IMG/VR virus record: IMGVR_UViG_3300044505_000028
Coordinates: 1-43,180 of that record
Reading direction: 5' to 3' (one strand)
Length of the DNA stretch: 43,180 nucleotides
DNA from: a virus
Lineage: Duplodnaviria; Caudoviricetes
In this document: piece after piece, positions 1 to 8,963 of the stretch
How positions within the stretch are numbered: position 1 is the first letter of the stretch
How the letters are laid out: every line of letters begins with the position of its first letter
The notes under the pieces: model-generated
Databases searched by the model: none
What the model was told of the DNA's origin: nothing
What the model saw: the letters and a program-made list of their open reading frames with translations, nothing else
Position numbers and translations under genes: made by a program

Positions 1-181
1 GCCGATCCGGGAGAAATGATGGCATCGGCCGGCGGCCTTGCTGGCCGACTTGAAAATGCGATCCGCGATAGCGCGTCCCTGACACCGGAACAGCGCGCCG
101 TCTTGGCCGCGATCCGCGACTACGGTTACGCATCCTTTGGTAAGCGCTCGTTCGACGGGATCATGAAGCTGATTGCTGAAC
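1..181. repeat. Terminal direct repeat / circular overlap, left copy
   Basis: 1-181 matches 43000-43180 except at positions 32, 53 and 54. It lies inside a reading frame that continues across the junction. Confidence 0.95.
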
Positions 182-3100
182 ATGCCGCCGGCTCCAAGCG
201 TGCGGCGGATGCGTTTAGGGCACGCGGCGGCGTGATTCAGCACGAAGGCGGCAGCAGCTTCGATGCCAACATCCCAAGCGGACCGAATGTGGCGGCGGTC
301 GCTGATCCGCCCTATTACGGGACCGCGTCCTATAACGATTACGAGGGGGCATCGCGAGTCGAGGCTCCGCTCTACGAAAACACCGCTGCGCTCATGGAGA
401 AGCTGTCAAAGCAAGGGAACAGCGTCATTTATACGGATGAGGCGTGGTGGGCGAAGCGCAAAGTCAAGGGCAAAGACAAGGGCAAGCCCGACGTTCCGCC
501 AGATTGGGAGAAGGGCATCCCGCTACTAGACCGCATCCAGCGCACGCTGGATCGCTTCGACATCACAGATAAGCTCATTGCCGGACGGAACGAAACCCTG
601 GGGATCATCAATGGATTCCAACGAACCAACGAGCAGCGAAGTCAGCCCGCCGGACAACAACAGCCTGCTCGGGTTGATGACCGTGGCGCTCAGCCTGTGG
701 CCGAAAGAGCGCCAGCAGTCGCTCCTGTCGCAACTGAGCCCGCAGGACAACGAAACGATGGAGCGGGTGCCGTTCAGCCAGTGGCCGCCCGAACTGAAGC
801 AGAAGGTCGCCCCGCTCCTACCGGAGAATCTGCGCCAGTAACGCAGCAAGCCGAACCGTCCAAGAATCTCGACCGCGTCGCGCGCATCGCCAAGGCGGTG
901 TTGCCGAACAATGTCGCCGTCGAAGTGAAGGACGGCGCGGTGCATCTGCGCTATCCAGGCGGCGCGCATGTGCAGATGGCGAGCGTGGGAGCCGAGCAGA
1001 TCCCGCTCGACCCTGCCGCGTGGTTCGATTCGGTCGCCAAGCAGCCCGGTGCGCTCAAGGCCGCGTTCAGCCGCGCTGGGTTTGGCGCTGTCTCGCCGCC
1101 GAAGGCCGCGTGGCTCAAGATGCCCAAGGCGACCCAGCAGAAGGTCATGGCCGAGCTGATGCCGCTGGCAGCGATCAGCGACGTTAGCGGTCGCCGCGTC
1201 GGCCTAAGCCGCGAGGCTCTGGTTAAGCTGGTCAATCCCGAAAAGCGCACCGATGCCGAACTGGCCGATGCGGTCGAGGAAGAAGAACACCACTTCACTT
1301 TTTCGGCCCTGCTGGGTGACAAGGAGCGCACGATCGTCCGCGACGAGCTGGGCCGTTCGCGGCCGGAATTGGCGAAGGAAGATCCCGCCAGCCGCGCCGT
1401 CATGGAGGCCGCCTACGAACACTGGCGGCAATGGAATCAGGATCGGCAGCGCGCCGCCGTCACGCCCAAGATGGGCGGCATCTTCGGCCGGTTGCTCGAC
1501 CGGATTCGTGGCCTGCTGCGGTTCTTCAGCAAGTCGCCCACCGTGTCGGCACCGACCGCAGCCCAGGTATGGGAGCAGCTCGACGCCGTGCGCGGTCGCG
1601 TTGCGTCGGGTGAAACGGCGAATCAGCAGACACAAGATGGGTCGAGTGAGGCGGGTGCGAATCAAGCGATGGCGACCAGCCGCCTACGCTTCTCAGTCAA
1701 CCGCCTCGGAGAGATGGCGCGGCAGAACGAACACATGCGCTATTGGTATGACGCGCATCAGCCCGCGCTCCGGGCCGAGGTCGGTGACGATGCCCCAATA
1801 ATGAACCTGATCCTGGCCGCTACCAGCCAGCGGAACACCGTCCCAGGGAACGTCACCGAAGCAGTCGAGCAGTATCGCCGCCTGTTGGCCGGCCAGCCGT
1901 TCTATGGACTGCCAGCGCATCAGTCGAATCTGGAGATGATCCGCAACGGACTGAAAGCCGGGAAAACACCGCGCGAAATCGCCGTTGATCTCATCCGTGG
2001 CGGCAAGATCGCCGAGTTCACCAAGGCGATCCTCGGCGATCCGGACGGCATCGCTGTGGATATGCATGTCGGTCAGCTACTTTACGATGAAACCGATCCC
2101 AGCGCACCCGGCTTGCGCGAGCGCGTCAAGGCTCGCATTCGTGAGATTGCAGCTAACCTTGGATGGGAGCCGAGACAGGTCCAGGCAGCGCTCTGGGCCG
2201 CAAACATTGCCCGCCGGGGCGAGAAAGTGTGGACCTATGCAGACGCCCTCCAACGGCCAGCGACGCGCGATGCCCTCGCCAAAGTCAGAGAAGAACACGC
2301 CCCAATCTCAAGCCCAGACTGGGGACGCGGAAATGCTGGCGAGCGAGCTGCTGCGGCAAATGGCGAACGATCCAGCGGCAAACAAGCCGCCGTTTCGGAA
2401 ACCGCCAGCGGTAAAGAGTCCAAGGATCTAGCCTACTCGACCCCGCGCTTCACCGTTAAGAGCGAGAAGCTGATCGCCAAGCTCCCGCCCAAGGCGAAGG
2501 CCGAACAGGTCGAAGCGACGCTGCGGAACAACGGCATCAACGACCGGGAGCTGGAGTGGACCGGCCTGGGCAAGCTGCTGGCCGACAAGAAGGCCGCTGG
2601 TCAGACGGTCACACGCGAGGAAATCGCGGCGTGCGTTGGGGACTGGTATGGAAAGAACATCACGGAGGAACGCTTAGACGACAGTTCCAACGATGCTCAA
2701 TCGAAATTCGGCCAATACACCCATCCCGGCGGTGAGAAATATCGGGAAGTGTTGGTGACGTTGAATGGCGGCAGCATGGCGAACGCACGCGATAAGGCTG
2801 CGATGCGTCTATATAATAAGCGATACAATGAGATTCCTGCGGATATGCAGCGTCAGGTCGATAGCGACCTCCGCGAATTCCCAGAATCAGCAGTCGGATC
2901 AAGTGGTGTCTATAAATCCAGCCACTGGTCGCAGCCAAACGTCCTCTTCCACCTGCGCCTCAAGGACCGCGTTACGGTCGACGGCAAGCCCATGCTGCAC
3001 GTCGAGGAAGTCCAGAGCGATTGGCATCAAGCTGGGCGCGACAGGGGCTATCGCGGAGATTTGCCAGACGAGAAGGGATGGACCGCAAGGGCATCGACCG

Positions 3101-6100
3101 ATCCACGCGATCAGTTCGATGGCTTCAATATATTCACGATCTACGGAGCGGATGGCAAAGAGATCAGAAACGTCCAGGCAAAGACCGCCGATGAGGCGAT
3201 TGAAAAAGCGCGCCAGAGCGAGGCCGTTGGCAGCTTCGGAGTGCCGAATGCGCCGTTCCGCAAGACCTGGGAGGAGATCGGTTTCAAGCGCGCGTTGATG
3301 GAAGCCGTCGCGACCGGGAAGAAGGTCATCGGCTGGACGACCGGCGAACAGCAGGCGGATCGTTTCGATCTGAGCCGACAGGTTAAGCAGATCCGCTACC
3401 AGAAGCGCGGCGAGGCCTATGACGTGTGGGCATCGGATGAGCATGGCCGTTCCCTGAACGACACCGTCGACAAACAGGGGCTTTTCGCCGATCAGATTGC
3501 GGACTTTGTCGGCAAAGACGTAGCCCGTCGCATTGTTTCCGGCGAGGGCCGAAACGAAGATGGCGACATGGTGCTGGAAGGCGTCGACCTTAAAGTCGGC
3601 GGTGAAGGCATGAAGGCCGCTTATGACCAGCGCCTTGTGTCGATCGCAAACAAGATCGGCAAAAAGTACGGGATCCAGGCCGGCAAGTCGGCTATCGAAT
3701 CAAACGACGACAACGGGACCGATATCCATTCCCTGGAAATCCCAGACCAAATGGCCGAGGACATCAAGGCCGGCGTCGATCTGGCCTTTGCCACTCCGCG
3801 CATTAAAGAGGGAGACGGCTCCTACAGCACCCCCGCCCAGCACCTAAACGACATCCTGCCTCGAGAACAGGCGCAGACCTTCCAGCAATGGGAGGACGAA
3901 GCGCAGCAGATCCTGGCGGATCCGAAGCGCATCGCTGACATTCGCGCGCGCGCTCAGGCGAACGAGGGGCTTTCGCCCGCTGAACAGGTCGTCATGACCG
4001 GGATGGTCAGCGACCAGCTCGCGGAGGCGGCCCAGAGCGGCAACATCAACCGCTGGCGTGAGGCCGCCGAGACTGCCGCGTTGCGGAAGGTTTCGGGCAC
4101 AAGGGCCGCCCGTGAGCTGGCTTCTCGTCGGCTCGATCTATCGACTGCCAAGGGCAGGCGCGAGGCGATCCTGTCCTATAGCTCAGAAATGGGCGAACGC
4201 TGGCAGCGAGCCTACACGAAGGCCAAGAACAAGGCTCAGCGCGAAGCCGCTCTTGACAATTGGGCCAAGCAGCAGCAGCGCATCCAGAAGATGCTCAAGG
4301 CACGGTGGGGCATCGACCTGTCCGATCCGCGTCTAGGCGAGGTCTTTGCCGACGCCTACAGCGTTGGGCGCCTGGCCGACAAGATCGCGGACATTGCCGG
4401 CGAAGAGTTCCACATCGGCAATCTGCTCGGCCTCTATGTTGCCGGAAATCTACTCAGCGGCGCGAGCTTTGCTGCAAACGCGGTCGGCTATCCGCTGATG
4501 GGAACGCTTGCCGGCTTCAAGGGCGTCACAGCGGCCACGGCAAAGGCACTGAGCGGAAACCTGACGAACGAGCAACTTTCCAGCTTTGGCGGCGCATCTG
4601 CGGCGGCGAAAGCCAGCGTTGCGGCCATTGGGCGCGGACTCACGAACGCTTCGCTGGCATGGTGGACCGGCAGGCCGCAGGCGGCTCGCGATGCGCGCCC
4701 ATTTGGCGAGGCTGACGACCAAGACCACACCAGAGCGAACAGCCCCATCCGGAATCCGTTCGTGCGTACGCTGATGGGTCCATTCCTTGAGACAAACCGC
4801 TTCGTGGACGAAATGTTCTGGACGATCGGTTATCATGGCGCGCTGGCATCAGCTGCCGCCGAGCGCCGCATGGCTGGCCGCCAGCAATCGATGGACGAGC
4901 TAATCCAGAATCCTGACGCGGAGATGATCGAGCGCGCCAGCGCATTCGCAGATTGGCTGACCCTGCGCGGTCGCCCAGAGAGCGAGGTTGGTAAGCGGGT
5001 GGTTGGCGCGATTAACACGCTCCGCAGCCCGACGTTTGGCGGTCATGCCCCGAAGTGGGCAGTGAACCCGCTGTATTTCACCATGCCGTTTTTCAATGCC
5101 ATCGCGCAACTCACCATTGAAGGCATCAAGCTGTCGCCCATGGGCATGATCGGATCGGTCGCGATGGCGGCGAAGCGCGGAGTCGATGCCGCGCGCTCCG
5201 ATGAGAAGTCAGTGCGGGATACGTCGTCAGCAAAAGCGATCGCAAACATCGCTTACTTGCTTGGCGGCCTCGGCCTGATGGGCCTGGCCCTGATTCCAGA
5301 TGATGACGAGGAGGACAAGTACGCCTTGCGCGGAAGCCCGACCGATAGCAAGTCTCGCGGTGAGGGTGAGATTCGGCGCAAGGCGGAGAACCCTCGCACG
5401 TTCCTGGGCGTTGATTACAGCAGGCTCGACCCCGTCGCTCTTCCGGCTGCGCTCCACGCCGATTTCCGCGATGCAGTGCGCGCGATTTCCGGCGGCAAGG
5501 ACGCGAAAAAGGAAATCATGGCGCTTGGCGAAAAGGCCATGAACTCAACCATCCAGCGTCAATTCCTGTCCGGAATCGAGGCTCTGTTCAAGCCGCAATA
5601 TGACGAGAACGGAGAGCCGAAGGGGATCGTGCGCAAATGGGCCGAAAACGCAGCGCAAACCCTGATCCCAGGTCGCCCCTACGTCAGCACCTATCGGCGT
5701 CTCACGGAAACGCAGGAGATGCAGCGCCCGAAGGATAAGCTCGGCGGCGCATACGACGCAGGAAGGCCGGCGCGCAACCTATTTGGCGAGAACGAAACGA
5801 CCCGCGAAGACACCCCGCTGGCGGCAGCCATCGGATTAGTCACGCCTCCGCACGGCAAGCCGTCGCCAGATGCGCTGCGCTGGATGGAGCGGATCCATGA
5901 CAACAATGAGAAGCTGAAGGAATCCGGCGGCAATGACTGGTGGCCGCAGCCACCGTCCAGATCGTGGACGAACGCAGGGAAGACCCAGCGCTGGTCGGAT
6001 GACGACTACGACCGCTTGCAGGAAATCGCCGGGAAGAAGTGGCTGGAACTGCTTCAGAGCAGCAGCGCGCTAAGCCGCGACCTTGCGCCCGCCATGGAAA

Positions 6101-6180
6101 TGAAAGTGATTCAGTCCCTGCACTCAGCGGCGAATAAATACGCCGCCGGGCAGGTTCGCAAGGAGGCTGCGGCGAAGTGA
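1..6180 (+). CDS. 3' part of giant polyvalent (probably virion-ejected) protein, continuing from 40102 across the circular junction
   Basis: Same frame as 40102..43180 through the overlap. Contains DPPY MTase motif IV (304-315), degenerate zincin-like EEEHH (~1279-1293), an HhH-GPD-like domain (WY..SQRN..VDMHV..QVQAALW, ~1740-2200), an SHW..LHVEEVQSDWHQ domain (~2920-3030) and a helical C-terminal region. Confidence 0.85.
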   Translation, partial: ADPGEMMASAGGLAGRLENAIRDSASLTPEQRAVLAAIRDYGYASFGKRSFDGIMKLIAEHAAGSKRAADAFRARGGVIQHEGGSSFDANIPSGPNVAAVADPPYYGTASYNDYEGASRVEAPLYENTAALMEKLSKQGNSVIYTDEAWWAKRKVKGKDKGKPDVPPDWEKGIPLLDRIQRTLDRFDITDKLIAGRNETLGIINGFQRTNEQRSQPAGQQQPARVDDRGAQPVAERAPAVAPVATEPAGQRNDGAGAVQPVAARTEAEGRPAPTGESAPVTQQAEPSKNLDRVARIAKAVLPNNVAVEVKDGAVHLRYPGGAHVQMASVGAEQIPLDPAAWFDSVAKQPGALKAAFSRAGFGAVSPPKAAWLKMPKATQQKVMAELMPLAAISDVSGRRVGLSREALVKLVNPEKRTDAELADAVEEEEHHFTFSALLGDKERTIVRDELGRSRPELAKEDPASRAVMEAAYEHWRQWNQDRQRAAVTPKMGGIFGRLLDRIRGLLRFFSKSPTVSAPTAAQVWEQLDAVRGRVASGETANQQTQDGSSEAGANQAMATSRLRFSVNRLGEMARQNEHMRYWYDAHQPALRAEVGDDAPIMNLILAATSQRNTVPGNVTEAVEQYRRLLAGQPFYGLPAHQSNLEMIRNGLKAGKTPREIAVDLIRGGKIAEFTKAILGDPDGIAVDMHVGQLLYDETDPSAPGLRERVKARIREIAANLGWEPRQVQAALWAANIARRGEKVWTYADALQRPATRDALAKVREEHAPISSPDWGRGNAGERAAAANGERSSGKQAAVSETASGKESKDLAYSTPRFTVKSEKLIAKLPPKAKAEQVEATLRNNGINDRELEWTGLGKLLADKKAAGQTVTREEIAACVGDWYGKNITEERLDDSSNDAQSKFGQYTHPGGEKYREVLVTLNGGSMANARDKAAMRLYNKRYNEIPADMQRQVDSDLREFPESAVGSSGVYKSSHWSQPNVLFHLRLKDRVTVDGKPMLHVEEVQSDWHQAGRDRGYRGDLPDEKGWTARASTDPRDQFDGFNIFTIYGADGKEIRNVQAKTADEAIEKARQSEAVGSFGVPNAPFRKTWEEIGFKRALMEAVATGKKVIGWTTGEQQADRFDLSRQVKQIRYQKRGEAYDVWASDEHGRSLNDTVDKQGLFADQIADFVGKDVARRIVSGEGRNEDGDMVLEGVDLKVGGEGMKAAYDQRLVSIANKIGKKYGIQAGKSAIESNDDNGTDIHSLEIPDQMAEDIKAGVDLAFATPRIKEGDGSYSTPAQHLNDILPREQAQTFQQWEDEAQQILADPKRIADIRARAQANEGLSPAEQVVMTGMVSDQLAEAAQSGNINRWREAAETAALRKVSGTRAARELASRRLDLSTAKGRREAILSYSSEMGERWQRAYTKAKNKAQREAALDNWAKQQQRIQKMLKARWGIDLSDPRLGEVFADAYSVGRLADKIADIAGEEFHIGNLLGLYVAGNLLSGASFAANAVGYPLMGTLAGFKGVTAATAKALSGNLTNEQLSSFGGASAAAKASVAAIGRGLTNASLAWWTGRPQAARDARPFGEADDQDHTRANSPIRNPFVRTLMGPFLETNRFVDEMFWTIGYHGALASAAAERRMAGRQQSMDELIQNPDAEMIERASAFADWLTLRGRPESEVGKRVVGAINTLRSPTFGGHAPKWAVNPLYFTMPFFNAIAQLTIEGIKLSPMGMIGSVAMAAKRGVDAARSDEKSVRDTSSAKAIANIAYLLGGLGLMGLALIPDDDEEDKYALRGSPTDSKSRGEGEIRRKAENPRTFLGVDYSRLDPVALPAALHADFRDAVRAISGGKDAKKEIMALGEKAMNSTIQRQFLSGIEALFKPQYDENGEPKGIVRKWAENAAQTLIPGRPYVSTYRRLTETQEMQRPKDKLGGAYDAGRPARNLFGENETTREDTPLAAAIGLVTPPHGKPSPDALRWMERIHDNNEKLKESGGNDWWPQPPSRSWTNAGKTQRWSDDDYDRLQEIAGKKWLELLQSSSALSRDLAPAMEMKVIQSLHSAANKYAAGQVRKEAAAK

Positions 6181-6190
6181 CCGGACGGGG

Positions 6191-6574
6191 CTAAGCCTGG
6201 GCGACTATTGCCGCCCGGCATATCGCCAGCGGGGCGGTTTCTGCTGGCCAGTTTCCTTCCGTTGAGTCTCCGAACCTGGCGAAAAAATAGCCAATCCGCG
6301 ATCTTCCGTCGCTCAGGTGGCGCAGCGGGTTGCCTAGTTCGCTCATCCGCTCCACCACTTCCCACGCATGCGCGATGTCCGTGGATGGCGACCAGTGACG
6401 AACAAAATATCCGCCGGGATTACGAATTGGCCCTTCGACTTCATGCGCCTCGCGCCAATCTCCGAAAGCATCCATGCCTGCGTCGATCCGGTTCTTGCCC
6501 CATTGCCACCCCATCACCATCTCAGCGACAAGGCGGTCGAGTTCGGGACCGGCGGGCAATTCGTCGACGCTCAT
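6191..6574 (-). CDS. Phage ABA-sandwich / BC1872-like protein
   Basis: ELDRLVAE..MGW...SPSTDIAHAWEVVE...TAPLAICRAA pattern. ATG at 6574 overlaps the upstream stop (ATGA). Confidence 0.7.
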   Translation of the reverse strand: MSVDELPAGPELDRLVAEMVMGWQWGKNRIDAGMDAFGDWREAHEVEGPIRNPGGYFVRHWSPSTDIAHAWEVVERMSELGNPLRHLSDGRSRIGYFFARFGDSTEGNWPAETAPLAICRAAIVAQA

Positions 6575-6714
6575 TCCATCCCCACCCATTCATTCATTGC
6601 GTGCGTGATCCGGTCGAAGGCATCGGTCGCCAGCTTGCCCGCGAACATCAGCAAGCACAGCGGTAGCCCGACCGGCAGGAACAGCAGCAGGCCAAGGATT
6701 TTGCGGGGGGTCAT
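6571..6714 (-). CDS. Small membrane protein (47 aa), not in the ORF track
   Basis: MTPRKILGLLLFLPVGLPLCLLMFAGK...; ATGA overlaps at both ends. Confidence 0.6.
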   Translation of the reverse strand: MTPRKILGLLLFLPVGLPLCLLMFAGKLATDAFDRITHAMNEWVGME

Positions 6715-6992
6715 TGTCCTGGCTCCTTGTCGATCTCTAGCGGCTCCCACTCAAAGCACGGTCGCATCAAATCGTCCGTTAGGCGATACCGCGCCTGCGC
6801 GATGGTTTTGCCGTGGTCCGTGAGTGTCAGCGCGGTCCACCCGCCGACGATCCGTTCTTCAAAGCGGAAGCGTTCTAGTTCGCGCCGATGGATAGGGCCA
6901 GCGCCCACCAAGAAACGAGCGTGAAACGCAAGCCAATCGTTGATGGTCTTGCGGATGGTGTGGTCTATCAAGGCCACGGGAGAAACGGTCAT
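6711..6992 (-). CDS. Hypothetical protein
   Basis: Member of the ATGA-coupled chain of early genes. Confidence 0.65.
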   Translation of the reverse strand: MTVSPVALIDHTIRKTINDWLAFHARFLVGAGPIHRRELERFRFEERIVGGWTALTLTDHGKTIAQARYRLTDDLMRPCFEWEPLEIDKEPGQ

Positions 6993-7438
6993 GGCTTACC
7001 CTCTAGTTCCTCGTCGATCTTGGCAATCAGGCCTGCCGCCTCGTCAGAGATTGACCACTTGAGGATTTTCCGCGCCTCCCACAGCAGCGCCAGCAGGTGG
7101 TCGCGGTCGGACTCGGCTTTAGTCGGTTGACCTTGCTCGCAAAACTCGCGTCCCACCACACTCCAAGCATGCTCAAGTGAGCGCATCATCATCTGCTCAT
7201 CCTTGATTGCCCACATGCTGAGGTTGTGCTGGAGGGTTCTTGCGCAGTCGCGCACTGCCTGTCGCAAGACTCTCCGCTCCTTCTCCAGCGCGGCGACCTG
7301 GGCGCGGAGGGCGTCGAGTTCATAGGTAACGGCAAGCCCCGGCAACTTCCCGGCCTTGATCACGTCAACGATCTGCCCCGCAAGCGGCACGGCGGCGCTT
7401 GGGGGCAATCCGGAAAATCGGTGACTAGTGCTAATCAT
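6989..7438 (-). CDS. Hypothetical protein with coiled-coil stretch
   Basis: ATGA-coupled. Heptad-like ELDALRAQVAALEKERR segment. Confidence 0.65.
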   Translation of the reverse strand: MISTSHRFSGLPPSAAVPLAGQIVDVIKAGKLPGLAVTYELDALRAQVAALEKERRVLRQAVRDCARTLQHNLSMWAIKDEQMMMRSLEHAWSVVGREFCEQGQPTKAESDRDHLLALLWEARKILKWSISDEAAGLIAKIDEELEGKP

Positions 7439-7764
7439 TCCGGCAAGGACCAGGATGGGTTGGGCGGACTACACGCAGGCGATGAACAACATCCTGGGCA
7501 ATCATGCGACGTATATCCTGATTCATGGGTATGACCCCGCATAAATTTAGGAATACAATATTCATCATACCACCATTCAATGGTGTCATGGTCGGTCGCA
7601 TTATATGCCACCATGCATTCAGCATGAAACTTTTCTCGCCCATGGGCGTCTTCGTTAACCCATGACACGCAAACATAAAAACTTCCAGCCGATATTTTTT
7701 CATTACACCACACGCAAATGTGGTTTTTATTAGCTTTTACGGGCTTGGCTGATGAACTCGGCAT
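7435..7764 (-). CDS. Low-GC Cys/His-rich putative zinc-binding protein on a cassette-like segment
   Basis: CVWC..KI...HAEC and a second Cys cluster. AT-rich with an AAGGA RBS. Flanked by an 11-bp inverted repeat containing GTTGGGC/GCCCAAC. Confidence 0.7.
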   Translation of the reverse strand: MPSSSAKPVKANKNHICVWCNEKISAGSFYVCVSWVNEDAHGREKFHAECMVAYNATDHDTIEWWYDEYCIPKFMRGHTHESGYTSHDCPGCCSSPACSPPNPSWSLPE

Positions 7765-7892
7765 TTATTTATTTCCTTTATCTTCCGTCCGCCCAACAGC
7801 CCGATCACTGGGTAATTGCCCGGCCCATCCGTGCACAGGATGCGGACCTTCCGCCCGTCGCGGGTTTGGTATTGTTTGGTGATGTCGATCAT
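7737..7892 (-). pseudogene. Probably truncated phage gene (TRDGRKVRILCTD..YPVIGL type)
   Basis: 51-aa ORF whose GC-rich N-terminus switches abruptly to AT-rich sequence at the GTTGGGC core (7797-7791). Confidence 0.45.
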
Positions 7893-8152
7893 GTTTTGTC
7901 CTTCGGGTTGAAAATCTCATGGCAATACCCGGTGCGCCTGCACCAGCTCGCCGCCGCGTTCGTGCAAATGGGTTTCTCGCGCTCGCTCGTTACTTTTCCG
8001 CCAACGACAAATTGGGTGACGAGCCGCCAGCCGGCCAGGTGCGGCGTGCCGGTCGACTTCCCGCAGGTGCGCTCTCCGTTGCGGCATTCCTCGCGGCATT
8101 GCTCAGTGCGCGACGCCTGGAGGCGGTAGAGTTCGGGCTTGGACCAGGTCAT
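7889..8152 (-). CDS. Cys-rich hypothetical protein
   Basis: ATGA-coupled; several Cys. Confidence 0.6.
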   Translation of the reverse strand: MTWSKPELYRLQASRTEQCREECRNGERTCGKSTGTPHLAGWRLVTQFVVGGKVTSEREKPICTNAAASWCRRTGYCHEIFNPKDKT

Positions 8153-8442
8153 GGCGTCACCCACTCCCGCCGCCGCGTCGGTTCCCCGTCCCGGTAGGTC
8201 ACGATCCCCGACCAGCGCCAGCTACGGCCCCGCCGCTTGGCCGGATTGGCCCCTCCCGCCGACGATCTCGCCTTGACCCTAGGCAGGGTAGCGGGCGGGC
8301 GCCCGGTTCGTCCTACGGGCCTGCCTTCGGCAATCGCCCTAGCCGCTCGTCTGGCCCGTCGCTGTTCGCGGACGGTGGCGTGGTAGGCCACGGCGTCGGG
8401 ATGCCGCCGATCGCCAGAGCGGTAGCGGGATGAGGGGGTCAT
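8149..8442 (-). CDS. Arg-rich basic hypothetical protein
   Basis: ATG overlaps the DnaC-like stop (ATGA) and its stop overlaps the next ATG. Confidence 0.5.
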   Translation of the reverse strand: MTPSSRYRSGDRRHPDAVAYHATVREQRRARRAARAIAEGRPVGRTGRPPATLPRVKARSSAGGANPAKRRGRSWRWSGIVTYRDGEPTRRREWVTP

Positions 8443-8963
8443 GGTTTCACCTGCCTGCGGTCTTCGCCGCCCGTGTCGATCACCGCACCGCCGGCCAGCC
8501 GCGACATGACCGGCTCGCCATAGGCGTCGGCAAGGCGGCCACGGTCCAGGTTGGTCGTCCAGATCGTGCGGCGAGCATGTTTCCGTCGTTCGGTGGCCAG
8601 GTGGTAGACCGCCTGCACCGTCCATTCCTGCGGCTTGCGGTATCCGATGTCGTCCACGCACAGCACGCCGGGGAACGTCGCCCACGCGGTAAGCCAATCC
8701 CATTCGAAGCGGTAGCGGTCGATGTCCCCGCACTCGCTGATGACGTGAACCTTGTGCCGGCCCGGCCATTCGGTTCCGGTGACGTGCTTCCGCTGAAGCG
8801 CCCAGAGCTGCCTGGTCTTGCCAGTTCCAGCTGGCCCGACCAGGAGGATTGAGCGCCATTTGGCCGGAATGTTCCGCAGGGCCGGTGATAGTTCGGCGTC
8901 GGCGTACTCAGCCGGCACCGGCTGCGGCCGCAGGATGTCCCAGGGGTTGGTCGTCGCGTTCAC
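8439..8963 (-). CDS. DnaC/IstB-like AAA+ helicase loader
   Basis: Walker A GPAGTGKT, Walker B CVDDIG, TTNL and SRL motifs. Directly downstream of the initiator. Confidence 0.85.
   Translation of the reverse strand: MNATTNPWDILRPQPVPAEYADAELSPALRNIPAKWRSILLVGPAGTGKTRQLWALQRKHVTGTEWPGRHKVHVISECGDIDRYRFEWDWLTAWATFPGVLCVDDIGYRKPQEWTVQAVYHLATERRKHARRTIWTTNLDRGRLADAYGEPVMSRLAGGAVIDTGGEDRRQVKP

Noticed and set aside
2630-2950. Lower-GC patch in the giant gene starting near GTTGGGG as another cassette
   Set aside because: No attC hairpin or matching core, and the reading frame and domain motifs are continuous.
16-6180. 2054-aa ORF treated as a standalone gene starting at 16
   Set aside because: The ATG is internal; the frame continues from 40102 across the circular overlap.
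8149-8859. 236-aa ORF overlapping the DnaC-like gene
   Set aside because: Only the part from the ATGA-coupled ATG at 8442 is plausible; the rest overlaps the ATPase in another frame.
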